Below are positions 1 to 6,499 of a DNA stretch of 34,191 bases, one piece after another (within the stretch, counting starts at the first letter, position 1; each line of letters opens with the position of its first letter). Location of the stretch: positions 1 through 34,191 of IMG/VR virus record IMGVR_UViG_3300016665_000082; one strand, written 5' to 3'. The DNA comes from a virus. The notes under the pieces are model-generated. The model was not told the origin of the DNA, did not search any database, and was given only the letters and a program-made list of their open reading frames with translations. The position numbers were made by a program, and so were the translations under genes.

Positions 1-22
1 AGAAGGGATTGGACAGCCTTGC
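1..22. repeat. 22-nt exact terminal overlap, identical to 34170..34191 (circular closure / assembly overlap)
   Basis: agaagggattggacagccttgc is present at both window ends. An ORF reads in frame through the join. Confidence 0.9.
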
Positions 23-1064
23 AGCATTGGAGGTCAGCGGCAGCGGCACAACGAACTACGTGGCAAAGTTTACGGCAGGGTCAACAATAGGAAATTCACA
101 GATATTTGATAATGGGACGAATGTAGGTATTAACAGATCATCACCGTCATTTAGATTGGATGTAAATGGTGATTCAAGATTTACTGGCGGGCTGAGAATA
201 GACCGAGATAGTGGACAGATAATGTTGCAAGGTATTGTCTTACCTTTTGGGCAAGTATTTTCACAAACTATTGATAATAATGGAGACACAAGAATTGGCA
301 CAAATAGACATCTGATTTTCAGAACAAATGATGTGACAGAACGGATGCGCATTTTTAATAACGGCAATGTAGGTATAAACACCGGCGCAACAGATGCAGG
401 GTATCGTCTCGATGTAAATGGCACATTGAGAACAATAAATGGCGCAGTATTTGCCACAACGAGCGGGAATGTAGGAATTGGAGTAATTAATCCAATTTCG
501 CCTTATTCATTACACACGAATTCAAGTATTAAAATGAATTCAGGCAGATTGGTTATAGGGCAACCAACTGATTCAACGAGGGCTATAAGTATAGGTGGTA
601 ATTCATTTCAATCTTCGATTTGGCTTGAGCAATATGGAAGTGATGCGACTGACATTTTCTTTTTACGTGGGAATGGGACACTGACATCTAAAACAAACAT
701 TGATAGCGGAAATGTCATAGGAAGCCTTGACTATACTGGTTATGTTGACGGAAATTTATTTCAATCCGCATACATGGCCGTCAGAGTGGTTGAAGTTGAT
801 GCAACCAATGACAAAGCAGTTTCTGATTTCGTATTTGTTCAGAATGATAATAACGCAATGTATGAAAATATGCGGGTAGAGGGTAAAGGAGGTAATTTAT
901 TCGTAAGAAGTAATATTAAAACTGGCGCACCAACTGGAGGAAGTCAAAAGCCTTGGAAACTTGGTGAAGCAGCAACGGTATCGCCTACGTCTCCGAACAG
1001 AACCATCCGGGTAGAGATAGATGGAACTGTTTACTACCTACACGCCAAAACAACAAATGACTAA
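1..1064 (+). CDS. tail fibre-like protein, distal C-terminal part (3' portion of the ORF that starts at 33728 and crosses the circular junction; first full codon at 3)
   Basis: Open from the window edge to TAA 1062-1064. The frame is continuous with 33728..34191 once the 22-nt overlap is removed. The track M at 9 is a TTG (Leu). Three fibre-like repeats are present: NVGINRSSPSFRLDVNG, NVGINTGATDAGYRLDVNG, NVGIGVINPISPYSLHTNS. The joined product is 501 aa. Confidence 0.7.
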   Translation, partial: KGLDSLAALEVSGSGTTNYVAKFTAGSTIGNSQIFDNGTNVGINRSSPSFRLDVNGDSRFTGGLRIDRDSGQIMLQGIVLPFGQVFSQTIDNNGDTRIGTNRHLIFRTNDVTERMRIFNNGNVGINTGATDAGYRLDVNGTLRTINGAVFATTSGNVGIGVINPISPYSLHTNSSIKMNSGRLVIGQPTDSTRAISIGGNSFQSSIWLEQYGSDATDIFFLRGNGTLTSKTNIDSGNVIGSLDYTGYVDGNLFQSAYMAVRVVEVDATNDKAVSDFVFVQNDNNAMYENMRVEGKGGNLFVRSNIKTGAPTGGSQKPWKLGEAATVSPTSPNRTIRVEIDGTVYYLHAKTTND

Positions 1065-1073
1065 ATTTGTAGC

Positions 1074-1277
1074 ATGAAAAAAGCACTCACACTATTCGCA
1101 ATCATGGCGGCAATGTCGTTTCAACCCGCACCGAAGTCGTACAAATTGGAACTGACAGCGCAGGAACTCCAGGTCGTTTACGATGCGCTTGGGGAATTAC
1201 CGGCAAAGACATCGGAGACCATCCGCATGAAAATCGTACAGCAAGTCAATCAACAAAACACAACCGATAAGAAATGA
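1074..1277 (+). CDS. small hypothetical protein with N-terminal signal peptide
   Basis: ATG ORF of 67 aa. N-terminus MKKALTLFAIMAAMSFQPAP. Its stop overlaps the next start (ATGA at 1274). Confidence 0.55.
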   Translation: MKKALTLFAIMAAMSFQPAPKSYKLELTAQELQVVYDALGELPAKTSETIRMKIVQQVNQQNTTDKK

Positions 1278-1672
1278 AAAAACTGATCGCATTGGCGGTA
1301 CTCGCCATCTCCCTGAACGCATCTGCACAGACTGACAGTACAAAGCCCAACAAGCGACCGATTGACAAGGTAAAGGTATGGGTCAATGGCGTAGTGTACG
1401 ATGCCGATGACATCGATGTGGTATGCGTATGGGATGATCTGCAAACGACTGCCCGGTTCTATTACACATTGTCGGATAGCACCGGAGCCGTGGTTACAAG
1501 CGGGAACGTTGAGCTGACAGGACAGAAATACAAGAATTACGCAACGCTGGCAAATCACGCTGATCGTGCAGTCGTATTAGTAATGAGGGAACTCAATGTA
1601 AAGGAAAGAGCGGCCAGGGTCGCAGCACAGGCGGCAAGAGCGGCAACAACGGGAACCACTACCGGGAACTAA
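1274..1672 (+). CDS. hypothetical secreted protein
   Basis: 132 aa. N-terminus MKKLIALAVLAISLNASAQ looks like a type I signal peptide. Translationally coupled to 1074..1277. Confidence 0.6.
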   Translation: MKKLIALAVLAISLNASAQTDSTKPNKRPIDKVKVWVNGVVYDADDIDVVCVWDDLQTTARFYYTLSDSTGAVVTSGNVELTGQKYKNYATLANHADRAVVLVMRELNVKERAARVAAQAARAATTGTTTGN

Positions 1673-1691
1673 ATATAAACGACGGACGACG

Positions 1692-1967
1692 ATGGATACG
1701 GCGGTAATGATCGCAATCGGTACGCAGACAATCGCCGGAGGCGTGGCGCTTTTTAAGATGTGGACCGATATCCAGATCAAGATCAAAGAACTGGATATGC
1801 GCGTCACCCAGGGGGAGCAAACGGATCACGGCGTTCAATCGACGTTGAACCGCGTGGAAAAGTTTATGCACGAAATGGAGCGATCCATGCACGAATCAAA
1901 CACCCGCGTCGAACGAATGATAAACGAGGTCCGTCTGGAGCTGCGCGATAAAATGGATCGCCCGTGA
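1692..1967 (+). CDS. membrane-anchored coiled-coil protein (holin or i-spanin candidate)
   Basis: 91 aa. Single N-terminal hydrophobic segment AVMIAIGTQTIAGGVALF followed by a charged helical region. It lies directly upstream of the lipoprotein and endolysin, with a GTGA overlap at 1964. Confidence 0.5.
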   Translation: MDTAVMIAIGTQTIAGGVALFKMWTDIQIKIKELDMRVTQGEQTDHGVQSTLNRVEKFMHEMERSMHESNTRVERMINEVRLELRDKMDRP

Positions 1968-2422
1968 AATGGATCGCAATGATATCCCTGGCCGTCATCC
2001 TGGCCGGATGCGATCCCGTCAAACGGATCCAGCGCAACAATGAACAGATGGCGCGCATGGAGGCCGTTATGCTGGACCGCGGGATATGTCGGCCGGATAC
2101 CTTCATCATTCGTCGGACGGATACGCTGACGCGAACAGACACGGTGGGCGAAATCTACATCTATACGGACACGACGACCGTACACGATACGACGACGATC
2201 ACGCGCGAACGCATTAGGACCGTTTTACGGACGATTACGATCCGTGACACTATATTACGCCAGATCATCGACGATCGGGCGCTTCAGGTATGCAGGACGG
2301 CCCGACAGAAGGCGGAGGACCTTTTGGCGGATACGAAACAAATATCGCGACATCGCGGGGCGGTCGTCGCGCTGTTATCCGCCCTCCTGTTATTGCTCCT
2401 ATTTTTCGCCTTATCAAAATAG
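1964..2422 (+). CDS. lipoprotein with C-terminal transmembrane domain (unimolecular spanin candidate)
   Basis: GTG start. Lipobox ILAGC at the N-terminus, a T/I/R-rich beta-strand-like middle, and a C-terminal TMD VVALLSALLLLLLFFAL. It sits immediately upstream of the endolysin. Confidence 0.5.
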   Translation: MKWIAMISLAVILAGCDPVKRIQRNNEQMARMEAVMLDRGICRPDTFIIRRTDTLTRTDTVGEIYIYTDTTTVHDTTTITRERIRTVLRTITIRDTILRQIIDDRALQVCRTARQKAEDLLADTKQISRHRGAVVALLSALLLLLLFFALSK

Positions 2423-2428
2423 AACGAC

Positions 2429-2929
2429 ATGGATCGCCTGACGCTGGAACGCATCGCATTGTTACACCCGAAAGTCCGGGAGGAAGCTCGCGCCATTTAC
2501 GCGGAGATCTGCGATGCGCTCAAAGGCCGGGCGCTATGTCGTTTCGCGTTCACGCTCCGAACGATCGCCGAACAGGATGCGTTATATGCCCAGGGGCGCA
2601 CGCGGCCGGGGAAGCGGGTCACGAATGCCCGCGGGGGTATGTCGTTCCATAATTACGGCCTCGCGATTGATATCGTGCTGATCGTGGACAGCGACGGCAA
2701 TGGATCGTATGATCGCGCGGTATGGGATACGTCCACCGATTTCGACGGGGATGGCCGGGCGGACTGGATGGAGGTCGTCACGATCTTCAAGCAACACGGG
2801 TGGATCTGGGGCGGGGACTGGAAGTTCGTCGATCCTCCGCATTTTGAGAAAACATTTGGACATTCCGTTCGTGATCTCCTGGCCCTGCATCGCGCCGGGA
2901 AAACGGTTGGAGGGTATGTCCAGATCTAA
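2429..2929 (+). CDS. endolysin, zinc peptidase M15 (VanY / L-alanyl-D-glutamate peptidase-like)
   Basis: 166 aa with RTIAEQDALYAQGRT, SFHNYGLAIDI and WGGDW..DPPHFE, the H-x6-D...H zinc-binding layout of M15 phage endolysins. Confidence 0.9.
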   Translation: MDRLTLERIALLHPKVREEARAIYAEICDALKGRALCRFAFTLRTIAEQDALYAQGRTRPGKRVTNARGGMSFHNYGLAIDIVLIVDSDGNGSYDRAVWDTSTDFDGDGRADWMEVVTIFKQHGWIWGGDWKFVDPPHFEKTFGHSVRDLLALHRAGKTVGGYVQI

Positions 2930-2990
2930 ATAATTCCGCATATCTTCGCATCCTTCATTCGCAGATATTGTCTTTTGCATTGTGTATGAT

Positions 2991-3025
2991 CCCTGATCGT
3001 TTCCACGGTCGGGGAATTTTTTTTT
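2991..3025 (+). terminator. intrinsic terminator after the lysis cassette
   Basis: 9-bp stem ccctgatcg / cggtcgggg with loop tttcca, followed by aa + T9. Confidence 0.7.
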
Positions 3026-3043
3026 GTCATATCCCAAAATAAA

Positions 3044-3076
3044 TTTGTTTGATATTGTTTTGTTTTGTTATCTTTG
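3044..3076 (+). promoter_or_regulatory. Bacteroidota-type promoter (-33 TTTG, -7 TATCTTTG)
   Basis: TTTG at 3044-3047 and TAnnTTTG match at 3069-3076, 26 nt before ATG 3103. Confidence 0.55.
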
Positions 3077-3102
3077 TGGGACACAAGGCAAAAAACAAGG
3101 TT

Positions 3103-3300
3103 ATGAAAGCAATGATCAACACAATGACAAACGAACTGAAGGCCCTCAACATCAACCCGATCGGATCATACGCCACCCTTCCGGCAAAGATGGCCGAGGC
3201 GGTCGAGACCGTTAAAATGTTCGGTTACGCTGCATGGGATCAGGACAGCTGTATGGGCGCCAGTCTTAAGGCGATCGTTAAAAAATACGCCGAGGCATAA
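3103..3300 (+). CDS. hypothetical early protein (65 aa)
   Basis: Internal ATG of track ORF 3049..3300, chosen because the upstream part overlaps the promoter. Confidence 0.6.
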   Translation: MKAMINTMTNELKALNINPIGSYATLPAKMAEAVETVKMFGYAAWDQDSCMGASLKAIVKKYAEA

Positions 3301-3347
3301 AACGACACCGGGGCGCGACGGATACGCGCAAAATATTTGTTTCTTTT

Positions 3348-3378
3348 TTTGTTATTATTGTTTTCTTTTGTATATTTA
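3348..3378 (+). promoter_or_regulatory. Bacteroidota-type promoter (-33 TTTG, -7 TATATTTA)
   Basis: TTTG at 3348-3351. TATATTTA at 3371-3378 has one mismatch to TAnnTTTG and lies 17 nt before ATG 3396. Confidence 0.45.
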
Positions 3379-3395
3379 CCAAACAATCACACACA

Positions 3396-3608
3396 ATGCA
3401 ACCCACTACCGAAAAGACCTACACCCGCGAATTGATCGACGCCGCCCTGGCTGATCTGCAGTATCTCGTCCGCAACCTGAACGACGACGAACGTCATGAG
3501 GCCATGCGCGCCATGCGCCTCCGGATCGAGAACATCGTCACCTGCACCCGTCGCGATCTGGTCATCGACCTCCGAAATGCCATCTCCGACAAGGCCGCTA
3601 ATTTTTAA
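3396..3608 (+). CDS. hypothetical early protein (70 aa)
   Basis: ATG in an acacacaATGcaa context with its own promoter-like AT-rich upstream region. Confidence 0.65.
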   Translation: MQPTTEKTYTRELIDAALADLQYLVRNLNDDERHEAMRAMRLRIENIVTCTRRDLVIDLRNAISDKAANF

Positions 3609-3627
3609 CCATCAATAAATACACACA

Positions 3628-3900
3628 ATGCAACAGCTCACATCCGACACATTGCTCACCCTGCTCGGCCAGACCATCCGCTGGGAAGCTCCCGGCGCCC
3701 GCCGCACGTATTCCGGCGTCGCCCGTATCTCAGGCATCGTCGCCACGCATCAACCGATCTTATCCGAAACGATCGAGGGCGACATGCTATCATCCGCACA
3801 TATAAACGATAAGCTATTCGCTCCGCATAACGGGGTGGATCTCGGTATCGTTTACATGGAAGATTACGCAATGATCACCTTTGAAATCGTGAAGCCATGA
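3628..3900 (+). CDS. hypothetical early protein (90 aa)
   Basis: ATG in an acacacaATGcaa context. Confidence 0.65.
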   Translation: MQQLTSDTLLTLLGQTIRWEAPGARRTYSGVARISGIVATHQPILSETIEGDMLSSAHINDKLFAPHNGVDLGIVYMEDYAMITFEIVKP

Positions 3901-4022
3901 AAGCACGCTCCGCCGACACCCCATCGCACATCTGGTGTGCAACCGTCACGCTGGCCATAATGTTCGCACCGCCGATCCTGGAATGGATGGTGAACATCTT
4001 TGTAGATTTCATAACTCGATAA
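3897..4022 (+). CDS. possible 41-aa membrane peptide (below the ORF-track cutoff)
   Basis: ATGA overlap with the stop of 3628..3900. My translation is MKARSADTPSHIWCATVTLAIMFAPPILEWMVNIFVDFITR, with one hydrophobic segment. It fills an otherwise empty 132-nt gap. Confidence 0.3.
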   Translation: MKARSADTPSHIWCATVTLAIMFAPPILEWMVNIFVDFITR

Positions 4023-4032
4023 ATTCCACACT

Positions 4033-4233
4033 ATGCAGATTGATGAACGACTGGTAAAAAAATGGCGCGTCCTGTACGATCGGGGCGACGCCCAGGAACT
4101 GGCCACGAAGGCACAGGTACACAAAAACACGATCTTTAATGCGCTCCGCAAGGGCCGCACCGGGTCCCGCTTGTTCGCGGTGATGAAAGAACATTTTGAG
4201 GCGCGCGAGGCCGCCATCATCGGGAAACGATAA
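4033..4233 (+). CDS. small helix-turn-helix DNA-binding protein
   Basis: 66 aa. The segment AQELATKAQVHKNTIFNALRKG is HTH-like. Confidence 0.5.
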   Translation: MQIDERLVKKWRVLYDRGDAQELATKAQVHKNTIFNALRKGRTGSRLFAVMKEHFEAREAAIIGKR

Positions 4234-4247
4234 AAAAACAATACACA

Positions 4248-4973
4248 ATGAAAGCAAAAGACATTCAACGCCACGAAGATGATGTAGTGGCCCAGCTGAT
4301 CCTGGCTGGGGATCTATCGAAACTGAACGCGACCGATCGCGTGGCCTATTACCGGGGGTACTGCGAGCGTATCGGATTGGATCCCTTTACCAAGCCGTTC
4401 GATATCCTCCGCCTAAACGGTAAGGAAATATTGTATCTCACGCGCTCCGGCGCTCAGCAACTGAATAAGCTCCACGGCGTATCCCACCAGATTACCGCCC
4501 GCGAGGTTATCGCCGGGGAGGTGTACCAGGTCACCGCACGCGCCACACTCCCGGATGGCCGACATACCGAATCCATCGGCGCGGTATCCGTTGCCGGGAT
4601 GAAGGGGGAGAACTACTGCAACGCTATCATGAAGGCCGAAACAAAGGCCAAGAGGCGCTCAACGCTCGATCTGTTAGGTCTGGGTATTCTTTCCGAGGAA
4701 GAGGCCGTAGGCATGCCCGGCGGGGTAGCTGGTGCCATAACGACAACAGATGCGGAGGCCGCGCCCGTTAAACTTCCAACGCTATCGCTCGACGAACGCA
4801 TCCGCGTCACGTATGGCGCAAAGGAAGATGTGCTGGCGCTGATCGGGCAATGTTCGACGCTGGAACAGCTGAAAACATTGTACCAGGCTAATGAGGCGAT
4901 CGCGTCGGAGCCATCCATGCGCGAACAATTCCAGCACCGTAAACTCTCTATACATTACAATGCAAAACCATAA
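4248..4973 (+). CDS. single-strand annealing recombinase (Redbeta/RecT-superfamily-like)
   Basis: 241 aa. YCERIGLDPFTKPFDIL resembles lambda Bet QYGLNPWTKEIYAF. NAIMKAETKAKRRSTLDLLGLGILSEEEA resembles the conserved C-terminal core of these SSAPs. Confidence 0.55.
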   Translation: MKAKDIQRHEDDVVAQLILAGDLSKLNATDRVAYYRGYCERIGLDPFTKPFDILRLNGKEILYLTRSGAQQLNKLHGVSHQITAREVIAGEVYQVTARATLPDGRHTESIGAVSVAGMKGENYCNAIMKAETKAKRRSTLDLLGLGILSEEEAVGMPGGVAGAITTTDAEAAPVKLPTLSLDERIRVTYGAKEDVLALIGQCSTLEQLKTLYQANEAIASEPSMREQFQHRKLSIHYNAKP

Positions 4974-5334
4974 CACGATGACAATCGAGCAACGCGCAAA
5001 ATTAACGGAGGCCGTGCGCCTTCTGCGGGAGATCATCGGGGAAGCAACGCAGCTTCCCCTCATCCCCGCCGCCAATGAAATCGCCGACATGTCCGGCCTG
5101 CGGTCCAACACGGTCGCGCTATCGCGGGATCTGTACGCCAAACATCTAACCGAATGGATCGACCCTAAAGATCCGGCGGTGATGGCGACAATGGCCAGGC
5201 ATGGCGTCATGAACGTATCCGGGTATTTTCAGTCGATGGAGGCGCGGTCCATCATCGAGGTGCGCCGGGATGGACATGGGCATGGCACGCGGTTTCAGTC
5301 GTTCCGGTACATCCTTAAAATTCCACAGGCGTGA
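4960..5334 (+). CDS. hypothetical protein (124 aa)
   Basis: Internal ATG (attacaATGcaa context) of track ORF 4891..5334, overlapping the stop of 4248..4973 by 14 nt. Confidence 0.55.
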   Translation: MQNHNTMTIEQRAKLTEAVRLLREIIGEATQLPLIPAANEIADMSGLRSNTVALSRDLYAKHLTEWIDPKDPAVMATMARHGVMNVSGYFQSMEARSIIEVRRDGHGHGTRFQSFRYILKIPQA

Positions 5335-5678
5335 AGCCTACCGTATCTTCGCCGCTGGTGAAGGCGATCGACGATATCCGCGCGGACATTGCAAAATTGC
5401 CCATCGGAATCAAACGGAATATCCTGGAAACAATACTCGCAAAATTAGAACTCCATCACCGCGCGGACGAACAATATAGATTCCAGCTATATCGCCACGG
5501 GTTCGCGGACGGGATGAATCTCATTAAAGAAAAATACGCATATCATGGAAAAGCAACTGATCAGCCTAAACTTGAACCTATCGTTGGTAGACAAGGCGCG
5601 CCTGTACCCGGGGAAGAAAGGGAAATACCTATCTGCGGTCCTGCACCTGACGCCGACGGTGGATCAGTACGGCAATAA
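5331..5678 (+). CDS. hypothetical protein; 3' end doubtful
   Basis: GTG start in a GTGA overlap. The last ~45 codons (P/G/R-rich) overlap 5545..5889 out of frame by 134 nt. Confidence 0.4.
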   Translation: MKPTVSSPLVKAIDDIRADIAKLPIGIKRNILETILAKLELHHRADEQYRFQLYRHGFADGMNLIKEKYAYHGKATDQPKLEPIVGRQGAPVPGEEREIPICGPAPDADGGSVRQ

Positions 5679-5889
5679 CGGATTCATCGTGGAATCCGTA
5701 TCAAAAGAGGAACGCCAGGCCGGACAGCGCGGGACGATACTTGGAAACGCGAAGATCATTACTACCGGAGGAGATAGCGCCGCCATGGCACCGCAACAAG
5801 CGCCAGCGTACACGCCGCCCGCATCTTCCCAATCTTCCCAATCTTCCCAGGCGGGGACATACGACGCCGCGGATGATCTGCCTTTTTAA
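5545..5889 (+). CDS. SSB-like protein with acidic C-terminal tip
   Basis: 114 aa. Pro/Gln/Ser-rich linker (SSQSSQSSQ) and terminal DAADDLPF, the hallmark SSB tail (consensus DDDIPF). Adjacent to the annealing protein. Confidence 0.5.
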   Translation: MEKQLISLNLNLSLVDKARLYPGKKGKYLSAVLHLTPTVDQYGNNGFIVESVSKEERQAGQRGTILGNAKIITTGGDSAAMAPQQAPAYTPPASSQSSQSSQAGTYDAADDLPF

Positions 5890-5920
5890 TTTCGGATGGT
5901 TTGATTTTTGGTATTTTACG

Positions 5921-5942
5921 GTCCGGCGTTTCCACGCTGGAT
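5921..5942 (+). other. stem-loop with TTTCCA loop immediately 5' of the tRNA
   Basis: gtccggcg-tttcca-cgctggat. Same loop and closing CG pairs as the hairpins at 2991 and 6042. Confidence 0.5.
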
Positions 5943-5947
5943 CCATT

Positions 5948-6020
5948 GGCCGGGTAGCTCAGATGGTAGAGCGATGGACTGAAAATCCATGCGTCAGCGG
6001 TTCGATCCCGCTCCCGGCTA
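5948..6020 (+). tRNA. tRNA-Phe: tRNA-Phe (anticodon GAA)
   Basis: Hand-folded cloverleaf. Acceptor ggccggg/cccggct, D-arm gctc-agatggta-gagc, anticodon arm atgga-ctGAAaa-tccat, T-arm agcgg-ttcgatc-ccgct, discriminator A. CCA is not encoded. Confidence 0.9.
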
Positions 6021-6041
6021 CGGTGTATTTCATAGGTTAGC

Positions 6042-6072
6042 CGCCGGACGTTTCCACGTCTGGCGTTTCTTT
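6042..6072 (+). terminator. intrinsic terminator 3' of the tRNA
   Basis: 9-bp stem cgccggacg / cgtctggcg with loop tttcca, followed by tttcttt. Confidence 0.6.
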
Positions 6073-6109
6073 AGATAACATATCATAAACATATCTTTTT
6101 CATATCATT

Positions 6110-6382
6110 ATGAGAGACAACAAACGACGCGCATGGCACCGCAACCTCGATCCGGCCAACGCGGAACCGCATGTCGTCCTCGATCTATCGCTACCGATGG
6201 ATCAGCGACGGGAACAGGCGCGGGTGTTCGCATCAATGGCGAAGGCTGCGGAGTTCCTGGGATGCGCGCCGACGACGGCGTACAAATATCGACAACCTGG
6301 GAAACGATGGAAGGCGGCGGATGGCAAAGAATACGCGATCCGGGTGGCCTATGGGGAATTTTTGGATAGATTGAAAAAATAG
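6110..6382 (+). CDS. hypothetical protein with HTH-like segment (NUMOD1-like)
   Basis: 90 aa. FASMAKAAEFLGCAPTTAYKYRQPGKRWKAADGKEYAI resembles the DNA-binding tails of homing endonucleases, but no nuclease domain is present. Confidence 0.4.
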   Translation: MRDNKRRAWHRNLDPANAEPHVVLDLSLPMDQRREQARVFASMAKAAEFLGCAPTTAYKYRQPGKRWKAADGKEYAIRVAYGEFLDRLKK

Positions 6383-6385
6383 GTT

Positions 6386-6393
6386 TATATTTG
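6386..6393 (+). promoter_or_regulatory. -7 promoter box TATATTTG (perfect TAnnTTTG)
   Basis: Lies 4 nt after the stop of 6110..6382 and 106 nt before ATG 6500, unlike the ~20-nt spacing at other promoters here. Confidence 0.45.
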
Positions 6394-6396
6394 ATA

Positions 6397-6493
6397 CATC
6401 AATCCGTCGATGTGGGATAGCAGCCATGCCGACGGGTATATCCCGACCACTAAAAGGGGGAACGCAGTCTGCTATCTGTGTTTCCCTTTTTTT
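6397..6493 (+). ncRNA. candidate ~100-nt structured leader / small RNA upstream of the replication gene
   Basis: Bounded by the -7 box at 6386-6393 and the terminator at 6457-6493. Internal hairpins acatc/gatgt (6396-6413) and gggata/tatccc (6414-6444). Confidence 0.3.
6457..6493 (+). terminator. strong intrinsic terminator 7 nt before the replication-gene start
   Basis: 11-bp stem ggggaacgcag / ctgtgtttccc (2 G-U pairs), 8-nt loop, then T7 (6487-6493). Confidence 0.7.
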
Positions 6494-6499
6494 ATTGCC

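Noticed and set aside
1-22. The 22-bp terminal repeat as a genuine phage direct terminal repeat or cos site.
   Set aside because: It is too short for a DTR, and an ORF passes through it in frame. An assembly overlap of a circular or circularly permuted genome is the simpler explanation.
2290-2652. Alternative-frame + strand ORFs, for example 2290..2652, 12218..12511, 12787..13014, 25694..26029 and 31350..31751.
   Set aside because: They overlap well-supported genes in another frame and encode Arg/Gly-rich sequences typical of off-frame translation. There is no independent support.
3049-3102. N-terminal extensions suggested by the ORF track (3049, 4891, 6410, 12515, 14549, 16441, 16876, 27172).
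   Set aside because: The extensions overlap promoters, terminator hairpins or the preceding gene, and look non-protein-like. Internal ATGs with ATGA coupling or the cacaATG context give compact, consistent gene models.
5948-6020. The tRNA-Phe gene as an attP / integration site marking a prophage.
   Set aside because: No integrase, excisionase or CI-like repressor is present anywhere in the closed genome. The tRNA is full-length with its own flanking hairpins.
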